Assembly: GCA_947584535.1 (NCBI GenBank)
Contig: CANPWO010000006.1
Location: 1-47,010, forward strand
Source: an uncultured Clostridia bacterium
Lineage (GTDB): Bacteria; Bacillota; Clostridia; TANB77; CAG-465
Direction: 5' to 3'
DNA length: 47,010 nt
Within the stretch, counting starts at the first letter, position 1. Each line of letters opens with the position of its first letter. The translations under genes and the position numbers were made by a program. The notes under the pieces were generated by a model. The model searched no databases. It saw only the letters and a program-made list of their open reading frames with translations, and was not told where the DNA came from. Shown here one piece after another: positions 21,312-31,805 of the stretch.

Positions 21312-21407
21312 ATGATTAAAGATTATAGCTTAAGGCAGTATAGTCTATTTAATTTTCTTTGCACATTAATTTCAAAAAAAATTAAAGAACATAGTGCTGC
21401 TAAGTAA
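21312..21407 (+). CDS. Candidate 31-aa small protein MIKDYSLRQYSLFNFLCTLISKKIKEHSAAK
   Basis: AAGGAGGAG RBS 5 nt before ATG; stop directly followed by a hairpin terminator. Confidence 0.55.
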   Translation: MIKDYSLRQYSLFNFLCTLISKKIKEHSAAK

Positions 21408-21409
21408 TG

Positions 21410-21438
21410 TGAGGATAACAATATTTTGTTATCCTCAT
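21410..21438. terminator. Bidirectional terminator between sORF and lepA
   Basis: TGAGGATAACAA-TATT(T)-TTGTTATCCTCA hairpin. Confidence 0.75.
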
Positions 21439-21443
21439 TATTT

Positions 21444-23249
21444 TTATTCATCTAGTTTTAATACACTCATAAAAGCATCTTGAGGTAACTCTACTGTTCC
21501 TATTTTTCTCATTTTTTTCTTACCAGCTTTTTGTTTTTCAAGTAATTTTTTCTTTCTTGTTATATCTCCTCCATAACATTTTGCTAGTACATCTTTTCGC
21601 ATTGCTTTAACAGTTTCCCTTGCTACAACTTTTCCATGAATAGAAGCTTGTATTGGTACTTCAAATAGCTGTCTTGGAATAATGTTCTTTAATTTTTCAG
21701 CCATTTTCCTTCCGCGTGCTTCAGCTTTTTCTCTATTTACTATAAATGACAGGGCATCTACTACTTCACCGTTTAATAGTATATCTAGTTTTACTAAATT
21801 TGATTTTTCGTACTTTTCTACTTCGTAATCAAATGAAGCATATCCTTTAGTTCTTGATTTTAAACTATTAAAGAAGTCATATATTATTTCATTAAGTGGT
21901 AGGTAATATTCAAGTGTTACTCTATTACTTTCCATATATTTCATATTTAAAAATTTACCGCGTCTTTCTTGGCATAGTTCCATTACATTTCCAACATATT
22001 CTTGTGGTGTAATTATTTCTGTTTTTGCTATTGGTTCTTCCATATAACTTATTTCTTGTGGCATAGGCAAATCAGATGGATTATATAACTCGATAACTTC
22101 TCCATTTGTTTTATGTACTCTATAAATAACTGATGGAGCGGTTGTAATTAAATTTAAGCCATATTCTCTTTCAAGTCTTTCTTCTATTATTTCCATATGA
22201 AGTAAGCCTAAAAATCCACATCTAAATCCATGTCCAAGTGCTGTTGATGATTCAAGCTCATACTCTAAAGAGGCATCATTTAGTTTTAGTTTTTCTATAG
22301 CTTCTTTTAGTTCTTTGTAATCTGTTCCATCTGCTGGAAATATACCAGAGTAAACCATAGATTTAACTTCTTTATACCCTTTTAATGCTTCTTTTACAGG
22401 ATCTTTTTTTAGAGTAATTGTATCACCTACTCGTATATCTGATACATTTTTTATACTAGCTGATATATAACCTACTTCCCCTGCTATTAGTTCATCAGCT
22501 TCAACATAGCCTCCTGCTTTAAAATATCCTACTTCAACTATTTCATATTCTTTGTTATTTGCCATAGTAATTATTACATCATCTTTTTTTAGTCTTCCAC
22601 TTACTATTCTAACAAAAGCAAGTGCTCCTTTGTAGTTATCATATAATGAGTCAAATATTAGCGCTGATGTCTTAGCATCTACATCTCCACTAGGTGCAGG
22701 AATATACTTTACTATTTCTTCTAATACTGATTCAACATTTAAGCCTGTTTTAGCTGATATACATGGAGCATGAGATGTATCTATTCCAATTATATCTTCT
22801 ATTTCTTTTTTTACTTCTTCAGGTCTTGCACTTGGCAGGTCTATTTTATTTATTACAGGTAATATTTCAAGATTATTATCAAGAGCTAAATATACATTTG
22901 CAAGTGTTTGAGCTTCTACTCCTTGTACTGCATCTACTACTAAAATAGCTCCTTCACATGCAGCAAGTGATCTAGATACTTCATAATTAAAGTCTACATG
23001 TCCTGGTGTGTCTATAAGGTTTAAAATATATTCGTTATTATCCTTTGCCTTGTATTTCATTCTTACTGCCTGAGATTTTATTGTTATTCCTCTTTCTCTT
23101 TCTATTTCCATATTATCAAGTAACTGCTCTTTTATATCTCTTTTACTTACACTACCAGTTAACTCAAGTAATCTATCTGCTAGTGTAGACTTACCATGAT
23201 CAATATGCGCAATTATACTAAAGTTTCTAATAAATTGTTGCTTGTTCAT
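21444..23249 (-). CDS. lepA: Elongation factor 4
   Basis: [52 protein letters not shown]. Confidence 0.99.
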   Translation of the reverse strand: MNKQQFIRNFSIIAHIDHGKSTLADRLLELTGSVSKRDIKEQLLDNMEIERERGITIKSQAVRMKYKAKDNNEYILNLIDTPGHVDFNYEVSRSLAACEGAILVVDAVQGVEAQTLANVYLALDNNLEILPVINKIDLPSARPEEVKKEIEDIIGIDTSHAPCISAKTGLNVESVLEEIVKYIPAPSGDVDAKTSALIFDSLYDNYKGALAFVRIVSGRLKKDDVIITMANNKEYEIVEVGYFKAGGYVEADELIAGEVGYISASIKNVSDIRVGDTITLKKDPVKEALKGYKEVKSMVYSGIFPADGTDYKELKEAIEKLKLNDASLEYELESSTALGHGFRCGFLGLLHMEIIEERLEREYGLNLITTAPSVIYRVHKTNGEVIELYNPSDLPMPQEISYMEEPIAKTEIITPQEYVGNVMELCQERRGKFLNMKYMESNRVTLEYYLPLNEIIYDFFNSLKSRTKGYASFDYEVEKYEKSNLVKLDILLNGEVVDALSFIVNREKAEARGRKMAEKLKNIIPRQLFEVPIQASIHGKVVARETVKAMRKDVLAKCYGGDITRKKKLLEKQKAGKKKMRKIGTVELPQDAFMSVLKLDE

Positions 23250-23386
23250 TTATTTACCTCGTTATTCTATACATAATATTATAACTTTTTTTGCAGTTAT
23301 ATTCAAGTAATATATACAAAAATATATTAATATGTTATTTATTTTTCATCTAATTATGGTATAATAATAATCGAGGTATAAGTTTT

Positions 23387-23843
23387 ATGATTAAAATTGG
23401 TGATATAGTTAAATTAAAAGATTGCTCACTTAAAGGCGAAGTTTGTAGTATAAATGATAATAATTATGTAGTTAATATAAACAATAAAAATGTTACAACT
23501 ACATTAGATAATTTAGAAAAAATTAGTGAGAAAAATAAGTCTAAAAAGGAAAATGAGGTTACTGTTAATGTTTTAAGTAAGGATGAAAAAATAGAGTTTG
23601 TACCAGAAATTATGGTAAGACATCAAACTGTTGAAGAAGCGCTATTTAATGTAGACGTGTTTGTTAAAGAGGCTTTATATAACGAGGTAAAAACTATTAA
23701 AATTATACATGGTAAACATCGGTGGAGTTTTAAGGAAATCTGTTCATGAATATCTTGCTTCAAGTCCTTATGTAAAAGATTTTAGGCTAGGAAATTACTT
23801 TGAAGGAAGTTACGGTGTTACAATAGTTAATTTAAAAGTATAA
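23387..23843 (+). CDS. Smr domain protein (MutS2 C-terminal KOW+Smr like); +1 shift at CGG 23720-23722
   Basis: KIGDIVK KOW; IIHGKH-(C)-GGVLRKSVHEYLASSPYVKDFRLGNYFEGSYGVTIVNLKV* completes the Smr domain. Confidence 0.88.
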
Positions 23844-23893
23844 ATAATAATACAAGATGTAAAATATACTTTACACCTTGTATTTATTTTTAA

Positions 23894-24931
23894 CTATTTT
23901 TTTAAACTAATTACAATTTTGTTTTCCTCTATATTTAACATACAATTTTCAATTGATATAACTAACATTCTAAGTAAATATGTAAAAGAATTTTGAAGTT
24001 TAGAAATATTCTCACTGTTTATTTCAAATAACCAATTTTCTTCATCTTCTGTTAATGCGAATTTTACTGAATCATCTTTATTACTTTGCTCAATTATTTT
24101 AGATAATATCTCAGAAGTCAAGAAAATAATATCATTAACATCACCTTTTATATAACTATTTGGTCTAAGTGAAATATTAGTTTCAAAATCGACTTGTCTT
24201 TCTTTAGCTATATTTTTTAGAATTAATTTTATAAGCTTGTATGCTTCATTTCCATCTATAACATAGTCGCTATCATTTCCTGACTGACTAATTAAAGATG
24301 TAAGTATTTTATCTATATTTGAAAGTGTTTCTTTGCTATTATTATAGAAAGTGTTTAGTTTTTCAACTTCTGATTGTTCAACATTTGTGTTCTTATCTTT
24401 TAAAACCATATTTGCAAGTTCGATTGAGGCACTTACAGATAGTAAATCAGCTTTCATTTCTTGTGCAATACCACTAATTAAATTACCTATTGCATTTTGT
24501 TTATATTTTGAAAGTTCAATTTCGTTTTGCTGTTTAAATATTTTTACTGCAGAAATAAGTTCTAGATTTAATCTATCTATCCCCTCAGTTTTATCAAAGT
24601 AATTTTGTATATTTAAAGTTTGCATTGTCTCAATTGGTGGTTTTTGACCTGAAAAACCAGTTTGAAGTATAATTATTAGTTGCTTATTTGTCTTTCTAAT
24701 CTCTTGTATTACTTCTTCACCATTTAAACCTGGCATAAAATAATCAAGTAATGCAATTTGGTAATCTTTTGAATTTAAAGCTTCAATTGCTTTCTTCCCA
24801 TCAGTTACTTTATCAACATTATAGCCTAATTGTTTAAGAAATGTATAAGTCATTAGAAGATAGTCTTCATCATCATCTGCAAGTAATATATTTATATTTT
24901 TAATTATATTTTCATAAGTCATATCTATCAA
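23894..24931 (-). CDS. Response-regulator receiver fused to degenerate histidine kinase domain
   Basis: ILLADDDE, LLDYFMPGLNG, QTG, K; then AIGNLISGIAQEMK (H-box His replaced by Gln). Confidence 0.8.
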   Translation of the reverse strand: MIDMTYENIIKNINILLADDDEDYLLMTYTFLKQLGYNVDKVTDGKKAIEALNSKDYQIALLDYFMPGLNGEEVIQEIRKTNKQLIIILQTGFSGQKPPIETMQTLNIQNYFDKTEGIDRLNLELISAVKIFKQQNEIELSKYKQNAIGNLISGIAQEMKADLLSVSASIELANMVLKDKNTNVEQSEVEKLNTFYNNSKETLSNIDKILTSLISQSGNDSDYVIDGNEAYKLIKLILKNIAKERQVDFETNISLRPNSYIKGDVNDIIFLTSEILSKIIEQSNKDDSVKFALTEDEENWLFEINSENISKLQNSFTYLLRMLVISIENCMLNIEENKIVISLKK

Positions 24932-25047
24932 TCTCCTTCTATATAACTATATTATATATTAATAGCTAAAAAAAATAAAGTGTTTTTTTACTATTATAGC
25001 TAAAAAAATAGAAAAATAGCTTTTTAAAACTACTTTTCTATTTTTTA

Positions 25048-25866
25048 TTAAAAGAAAATTACTTTAGCAAGTACAACTAATGCAATTATAACACGATAAT
25101 ATGCAAATATAGCAAAATCATGTTTCTTAATATATTTAAGTAAAAATTTAATACTAATTATTCCTACAATTGCTGCTGTTATAATACCAATAAGTATTGG
25201 AAAATTAAAGCCAATAATTAAATCTTTAACTTTAATAATAGCAGCACCAAAAATTATAGGTGTGGAAAGTAAAAATGTAAATTTAGCTGCTGCCTCTCTT
25301 GAAATACCCATAAGTCTTGAAGCAAGTATTGTTGTACCTGAACGAGAAAAGCCAGGTATAACAGCTAAAGCTTGTGAACAGCCAATTAAAAATGTCTGCT
25401 TAAAGGTTAATTCTTTAAATTCTACTTGTTTTTTATATCTTTTTTCTGCCCATTTATCACCAAGATATATAAATATTCCCATAAGTGCAAGTAATAATGC
25501 AATTATTACCATATTGTTTCTAACAACATTTTCTATAACATCTTCAAATACAACTCCAATAATTGCTCCTGGTATTGTCGCTATAACTAAATACCAAAAC
25601 ATATTGCAATTAAAAGATTTCTTTTTATGGACTACTCCATCATATGCACCTTTAAATAATGCAATCCAATCTTTGTAATAAACTGCAAGAACAGCAATTA
25701 ATGTACCAAAATGAAGTGCAATATCAAATGCTGTTTCAAATGAGGCTTCCATCTCTGGAAAATTAAATAAATACCTTACAATTATTAAATGAGCGGAACT
25801 AGATATAGGCAAAAACTCGCCTATACCTTGAACAATTCCTAAAATTATACAATGAAATATCGACAT
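25048..25866 (-). CDS. uppP: Undecaprenyl-diphosphate phosphatase
   Basis: GIVQGIGEFLPISSSAH, LHFGT, IPGFSRSGTT. Confidence 0.95.
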   Translation of the reverse strand: MSIFHCIILGIVQGIGEFLPISSSAHLIIVRYLFNFPEMEASFETAFDIALHFGTLIAVLAVYYKDWIALFKGAYDGVVHKKKSFNCNMFWYLVIATIPGAIIGVVFEDVIENVVRNNMVIIALLLALMGIFIYLGDKWAEKRYKKQVEFKELTFKQTFLIGCSQALAVIPGFSRSGTTILASRLMGISREAAAKFTFLLSTPIIFGAAIIKVKDLIIGFNFPILIGIITAAIVGIISIKFLLKYIKKHDFAIFAYYRVIIALVVLAKVIFF

Positions 25867-25876
25867 AAAATATAAT

Positions 25877-26899
25877 CTACTCCTCTATTAAATCAGTTTG
25901 AATTAAGATATTATTTGATGTTCTAAGATACATTACATTTCCTTTAATTGCTTCAAATGTAACATACTTAGAGAATTTACCAATACGTTTATATGGATCA
26001 TCTCCTGCAACATTTATAACATATGTTGGATACACCAAATATACACCATAATTATTTGAATATGTTGTAACTAAATCTGAGTCACTAAGTTTTATAGTAT
26101 CTACTAATACATTGTCTTTTACTTTATATACAGTCTTTTTATTTTCACTATCTAAGTAATATAAATTATCATCATAGTCAAGTCCAATTAAATCAACAGG
26201 GTTTCTAAATAAACTAACTCTACCAACAGATGAATATAAATTTCCATTTTTATCTTCATAGTAAATTCTATCTCTTTGTTGTAACATTAAAAGTTTATTT
26301 ATTAAAATACCGGATTTAACTTGCGACATACTATTAAATAAGTCAATTCTATAAAGTATATTATTAGTTGCATTTGCATTTTTAGTTTCAACATTAATAT
26401 ATATTATGTTTATAACCGGTGACATATTCATATCTTTTATCTTTGAGAAGTAATTTACATTAAAAGTATTATACTCATTTTTCTTCTTACTTGACATTTC
26501 ATATGTTCTAAGTGTTAGTCTAGATGAATTTTGATTTTTTTCTTCTGTAAAATATATTATTAAGTTTTTATCATAAAGTAAATTGTAGTAACATATTGGG
26601 TCATCTTCTTGTAATACTTCAACTTCTTTTCCATCTTCTAAAGAGTTTATATAAATTTTACTATCTTTTAAGTATGTATAGTATTTATTATCTACTGAAT
26701 ATTGTACACTAATATCTTTATCTGGTAATTTAATTTGTTCACCATTTTTTAGTTTATCTTCATCCTTTAAAGAACTTGTTTCTATTGCACTTGTTTGGCT
26801 AAGTGAGTATATAAAATTATCTACAAATGTTAATGTAGTTACAGTAATTAAAGTACCACTAGCAAAAAATATTGCTATATATAACAGAAATTTTTTCAT
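25877..26899 (-). CDS. Membrane-anchored beta-rich hypothetical protein
   Basis: N-terminal TM, beta-propeller-like composition; operon with NAGPA gene and uppP. Confidence 0.7.
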   Translation of the reverse strand: MKKFLLYIAIFFASGTLITVTTLTFVDNFIYSLSQTSAIETSSLKDEDKLKNGEQIKLPDKDISVQYSVDNKYYTYLKDSKIYINSLEDGKEVEVLQEDDPICYYNLLYDKNLIIYFTEEKNQNSSRLTLRTYEMSSKKKNEYNTFNVNYFSKIKDMNMSPVINIIYINVETKNANATNNILYRIDLFNSMSQVKSGILINKLLMLQQRDRIYYEDKNGNLYSSVGRVSLFRNPVDLIGLDYDDNLYYLDSENKKTVYKVKDNVLVDTIKLSDSDLVTTYSNNYGVYLVYPTYVINVAGDDPYKRIGKFSKYVTFEAIKGNVMYLRTSNNILIQTDLIEE

Positions 26900-26916
26900 A
26901 CTTTTCCCCTTTTCTA

Positions 26917-27900
26917 TTATTTTGCTTTAGGTTTAGTAATAATAAATGCACATGGAACATATCTTTCACCCATAATATCACTTGGATTATTAACTAGCTT
27001 ATTATTATATACCATTGTAGTAGATGCACCACCATCAAGGTTAAATGCGTTATATGCACCATATTGCAAGAATATATCTTGGACATTTTTTAGTGTTGCG
27101 CCTAAACTATTTGCTTGTCTACCATCAATAACAAGCATCAAAATTGTTCCATCTTTTTTTTGTCCAATAGCTGTTCTTGGTTGGATACCCCAACCACCAT
27201 CACCAGATCTAATAGTAGGTTGTCCATTTATTATAATAATTGGTCCAAATGATACGGCACTTTGTATATTTAATTGTTTCATTCTAGAATATGTCATAGA
27301 ATTTGATACAATCATTTTATTATCTTTGTCTATTCCAACTATACTGTATGAGCCATACGCATTTGTTGTTTTTAACTTTCCATCTTCAATTATTATTCCA
27401 CTTGGTTTACCACCAGTTCCTAACGCATCATCAGCAAATCCACCTGCATTTATTCCACCTATAGCATCGTTTGCTTCAATTATTTGAGATGTTGTAGAAC
27501 CAACTTTTCCAAGTCTTGGAGCAGTTGCAAGTTTAACACGAGAAGGGTCTTTTACTATTAATAGATAGCCTTTAAATGTTTTTGAACTTACATCCACAAG
27601 TTCTATTCCTTCTGTTGGATCTGCACTTGACTCAGTTGTATTTTCTATTTTTATATCATCAAGATTTTGATCAGCAAGTATTTCTTCAGGTCTATTTCGC
27701 TTTAATATTTCTTCTATTTGTTCATCACTTAAAAAGAAAGTTGCAAAATATTGATGACGCATTGTAGTCATAGATGTTGTTACTATCATATCTCTTATAT
27801 TTGTAAATGGTCCGTAATATATAAGTACTATACAAATAAGAGGTATATATATAATTTGAAATAATAAAAATCCTCCGAATATTTTTAAAAATTTTTTCAT
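26917..27900 (-). CDS. Phosphodiester glycosidase (NAGPA) family protein
   Basis: INAGGF, PRTAIGQ, VIDGRQ, NLDGGAST. Confidence 0.9.
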   Translation of the reverse strand: MKKFLKIFGGFLLFQIIYIPLICIVLIYYGPFTNIRDMIVTTSMTTMRHQYFATFFLSDEQIEEILKRNRPEEILADQNLDDIKIENTTESSADPTEGIELVDVSSKTFKGYLLIVKDPSRVKLATAPRLGKVGSTTSQIIEANDAIGGINAGGFADDALGTGGKPSGIIIEDGKLKTTNAYGSYSIVGIDKDNKMIVSNSMTYSRMKQLNIQSAVSFGPIIIINGQPTIRSGDGGWGIQPRTAIGQKKDGTILMLVIDGRQANSLGATLKNVQDIFLQYGAYNAFNLDGGASTTMVYNNKLVNNPSDIMGERYVPCAFIITKPKAK

Positions 27901-28042
27901 TTGATTTTTTCTCCCTTTATTAAAATTTTAAACAATATTATTTTATCAAATAAATATACTTTTTTCAACAAATATTTGTAAAATAATAAAAAAAGTAAAT
28001 TAAGACACTATATCTTAATTTACCTTTATTATTTAATTATTA

Positions 28043-30508
28043 CTATTGCCCAGTTGTATAAATGCTTATATTATCACCTGAGCCTGAACCAGGTGTTGTA
28101 TGAACATTACATGTTTCCTTTGGAACCATGTATTTATAATCAGCCGGTTTTGTAGGTGGCTCATAGTCTCTTGATATAAATGATTTCTCTGTTGTGTTTG
28201 GACAATATTCTGTTGCAAGTTTACCAGTTTCATTACATATTTTTACTTTTTTATGAACGTTACAAGTTTCAGTAGGTACTGTACCTTTAGCAAAAAAATC
28301 TGTATTAGTTCTATCTCCTCTAGGATCAGTTTTACAAGCATCTGTTGCTACAAGACCTGAATCTCTGCATACAGCAGCCTCTATAACTGAAGCTGGTTTT
28401 TCAAATTGTTTTGCAGTTTGGCCTTTAGAAATAGTTGATACAATACTATTAAATAGTAGTATTGATGTATATGGATAATTACCAAAGCTTCTATATCCTA
28501 TTTCTCTAGGTTTATCATATCCATTCCAACAAGCAACAGTATAATATGGAGTAAATCCACAGAACCATTGGTCAACATCTCCATTTGTATTACCTGTTTT
28601 TCCAGCTACGGCCATATTTCCAGCTTTAATATATCCTGCTGCAGTACCTGTTTTTACAACTGATTCTAAACAACTTGTAAGCATATATGAAGTAGAATCT
28701 TTCATAACGCGTTTTGCATCAGAATTTGCTACAAGAATTTCTTTTCCATTTCTATCTACAACTTTAGTATATAATTTTGGTTCAATATATAATCCACCAT
28801 TTGCTATTGTTGCATATGCACTTGCAAGTTGTATTGGAGTAACACCTTTTGTAAGACCACCAAGTGCAAGAGACGCTGCACTTTCATCATTTTTTGATTT
28901 ATCTTGCTTTGCAGTAACTAAATCTTTTAGTCCGCAATTTCTAGCAAAATTAAGTGCATATGAAACATCTAATTTCATATTTGTTCTAACTGCAGGTAAA
29001 TTCATTGATCTTTGAATTGCATCCCTAACTGTTACATAACCATAAAAGGAATGATAATAGTTTTCTGGGTTATATGTTCCTTTTGGAAGTGGTGAATCAT
29101 CAACACCTGAACCTGGTCCAATCAGACCTTGTTCCATTGCTGGTCCATATGCTCCAAATGGTTTCATACATGAACCAGGTTGCCTATATGCTTGTGTAGC
29201 TCTATTAAATTGACGAGCTCCTGTTTTTTTGTCTGCTCCACCAATTAGGCCAAGTACATTACCATTTTTTTGGTCAATAACAACTGCTGCTGCTTGCATG
29301 AAGTCGCCATTTTTTTCTTTATAGAACCATTTGCTATTGTTAAATGTATCATCAATTGCTTTTTGAACTTTACTATCTTGTGGAGTATATATCTTTAAGC
29401 CTGCACTATATAATCTTTTAATTGCTTGAATTTCAGTTAATCCTAGTTCTTCCATTAAATCTTCTTTAACTTGTTCAAATACAGCATCAACATAATAAGT
29501 TTGAACATCACCACTTGCTGACTTTAATTCTGCTTTTTTAAATTCTAAATTATATGCTTTAGCTTCTTCATATTGTTCTTTAGTTATTTTACCTAATTTT
29601 AACATTTGGCTTAAAACTAAATCTTTTCTTTCAAGTAGTTTTTGTTTTGCTTCATCACTTTTATATGGATTAGTTGCCTCAGGAGTTTGTATCATTGCTG
29701 CAAGTGCCGCAGCCTCCGCTATATTAACATCTTTTATAGATTTTCCAAAATAATTTTCTGCTGCGACTTCAATTCCATATGCTCCATCACCTAAATATAT
29801 TGTATTTAGATAATAAGCAAGTATATCTTCCTTAGGAACTTTAGTTTCAAGTGTTATTGCTCTATACCATTCTCTAATTTTTCTAGTCCAACTTCTTTCT
29901 GTATCTTGCTTAGAGTTTTTTACTAATTGTTGTGTAATTGTACTTCCACCAAAGTTAGAATCTCCGCCATTAAATATATAAGTAAATATTGCACCCATTG
30001 TTCTTTTTATATCTACACCATTATGTGAAAAGAATCTTTCATCTTCTATTGATACAACAGCATCAATAACATGTTGTGGTAAGTCTTTATATTCAATAGT
30101 TACTCTATTTTCTGAATCATATAATTGTCCTATTTGGTTATTATCTTTATCATAAACAAATGAAGTTTCGTTATATGATATTATATCCTCTACGCTTATA
30201 CCGTCTGTTTTATCTATAACACCTGATATAACCCCAATAACAACACCTGCTCCAATTATAAACAAAGCAAGTAAGACAAATATACAAATTTTAAATATCT
30301 TCCAACCTTTTTTCTTCTTTTTATTCTTTGTTTGTTTATCTTTTTTAGTTGATTTTCCTTTTTTTGATACATTAGAATTATAAGGTGTACTATAACTATT
30401 TGTTGTTTTTGATACACTTGTACTTGCATTACTTTTTATTAAGCTTTTATCCACCTTCTTTAATGCTTTTGGAGTCAACTTATTTTTTGAATTATTGTTC
30501 TTTTCCAT
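28043..30508 (-). CDS. Class A penicillin-binding protein (PBP1A family)
   Basis: EDERFFSH, GGSTITQQL, RKIREW, SCMK (SxxK), SMN, KTG; Cys-rich C-tail. Confidence 0.95.
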   Translation of the reverse strand: MEKNNNSKNKLTPKALKKVDKSLIKSNASTSVSKTTNSYSTPYNSNVSKKGKSTKKDKQTKNKKKKKGWKIFKICIFVLLALFIIGAGVVIGVISGVIDKTDGISVEDIISYNETSFVYDKDNNQIGQLYDSENRVTIEYKDLPQHVIDAVVSIEDERFFSHNGVDIKRTMGAIFTYIFNGGDSNFGGSTITQQLVKNSKQDTERSWTRKIREWYRAITLETKVPKEDILAYYLNTIYLGDGAYGIEVAAENYFGKSIKDVNIAEAAALAAMIQTPEATNPYKSDEAKQKLLERKDLVLSQMLKLGKITKEQYEEAKAYNLEFKKAELKSASGDVQTYYVDAVFEQVKEDLMEELGLTEIQAIKRLYSAGLKIYTPQDSKVQKAIDDTFNNSKWFYKEKNGDFMQAAAVVIDQKNGNVLGLIGGADKKTGARQFNRATQAYRQPGSCMKPFGAYGPAMEQGLIGPGSGVDDSPLPKGTYNPENYYHSFYGYVTVRDAIQRSMNLPAVRTNMKLDVSYALNFARNCGLKDLVTAKQDKSKNDESAASLALGGLTKGVTPIQLASAYATIANGGLYIEPKLYTKVVDRNGKEILVANSDAKRVMKDSTSYMLTSCLESVVKTGTAAGYIKAGNMAVAGKTGNTNGDVDQWFCGFTPYYTVACWNGYDKPREIGYRSFGNYPYTSILLFNSIVSTISKGQTAKQFEKPASVIEAAVCRDSGLVATDACKTDPRGDRTNTDFFAKGTVPTETCNVHKKVKICNETGKLATEYCPNTTEKSFISRDYEPPTKPADYKYMVPKETCNVHTTPGSGSGDNISIYTTGQ

Positions 30509-30530
30509 TTATTTCACCTCTGTTAATATT

Positions 30531-30908
30531 TCATTTATCATAATTATTAAGAAATTGAAATATATCTCCTCGTATGCTAAAGCTAATTTTTATAGCTTTC
30601 ATTATTTCTTCCATAATTTTATCTGGTAAATGACCTACCTTTTTTACTATTCTTGCCTTGTCAATTGTCCTTATTTGCTCGATAAGTACAGTTGAATCTC
30701 TAGTAAGTCCAGAGTCACGACGAGAAATAGTAATATGAGTTGGAATATTATTTTTAGATTTAGTCGTTACAGGTGAAATAATTATAGTTGGACTATATTT
30801 ATTTCCCTTATCATTTTGAAGTACAACTACTGGTCTAATCCCATTTTGTTCACTTCCAATAACTGGTCCTAAATCTGCATATAAAACATCCCCACGTTTT
30901 ATAATCAA
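30531..30908 (-). CDS. mazF: MazF/PemK-family endoribonuclease (EndoA/NdoA)
   Basis: KRGDVLYADL.PVIGSEQNGIRPVVVLQND.GNKYSPT, EQIRTIDK; TTG start. Confidence 0.92.
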   Translation of the reverse strand: MIIKRGDVLYADLGPVIGSEQNGIRPVVVLQNDKGNKYSPTIIISPVTTKSKNNIPTHITISRRDSGLTRDSTVLIEQIRTIDKARIVKKVGHLPDKIMEEIMKAIKISFSIRGDIFQFLNNYDK

Positions 30909-30961
30909 AATACATCCCTTCTCTCATATTATACACTAAATAGCAAAAAATGCAAATATTT

Positions 30962-31708
30962 TTACTTAAAATTGTTATTTATATCAAAAAATGTATAATT
31001 TACATCAATATATGCTAAATCGTCCTTATTATATACTATATACTCTACAGGTTTTTGCTCGCTTTTTGAAATTAATAACTCAAGTTTTTTTACACCTATA
31101 CTATCGTTTAATATATCTAAGTAATCACTTAATTCTTCGATGTTATAATCATTAAATAAAATTCTATACATGATTTTATCAGAATATTCTTCTATTTGGA
31201 TTTTTACTTTATTTTCTATATTACTGTTTTTTGTTATATTACTTATATCATTATATAGAGAAATAAATGTCGCAATACTTATTAAATTAGTCTTTTTTAC
31301 TACATAGTTATTTAATACATATTCATTTAACTGTGTACTAGATTTTATATGCAAGCTGTTGTTAGTTATCTCATAATCAATTTCATCTCCAAGCTCATTA
31401 TGTGTTTTTATATAAAAATTTTCTACACCTAAATCATTTTTTTCGTATTTTTCTTCTATGCTATATTTATTTGTTGTTTTATTACTTATTACAGTTACAT
31501 TACTTTCGTATTTATATGCTTTTGCCATAAATATTTGTTCATATTTATTAGATATATCACTAAAATCACCTAATTTAATATTCTCTTTTGATATTAATAA
31601 ATATATAGTTGTAAATACAAGTATCGCAGCTACTGTTAATGCAGTAAGTATTATAATCCATAATCTTTTACTTTTATCTTTATTTACATTTAAAAATTTT
31701 ATATACAT
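30962..31708 (-). CDS. LolA-like/GerS-related membrane-anchored protein
   Basis: TM anchor, YKYESNVTVISNKTTNKY; position upstream of mazF matches the clostridial gerS context. Confidence 0.55.
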   Translation of the reverse strand: MYIKFLNVNKDKSKRLWIIILTALTVAAILVFTTIYLLISKENIKLGDFSDISNKYEQIFMAKAYKYESNVTVISNKTTNKYSIEEKYEKNDLGVENFYIKTHNELGDEIDYEITNNSLHIKSSTQLNEYVLNNYVVKKTNLISIATFISLYNDISNITKNSNIENKVKIQIEEYSDKIMYRILFNDYNIEELSDYLDILNDSIGVKKLELLISKSEQKPVEYIVYNKDDLAYIDVNYTFFDINNNFK

Positions 31709-31805
31709 AAAAAGTTACTCCTTAAAATAATGCTCAAAGAAAGTATATGATAAAGTACAAATAAAAATACCATATATGTTTTTATAGCATATACGGTATT
31801 TTTAT

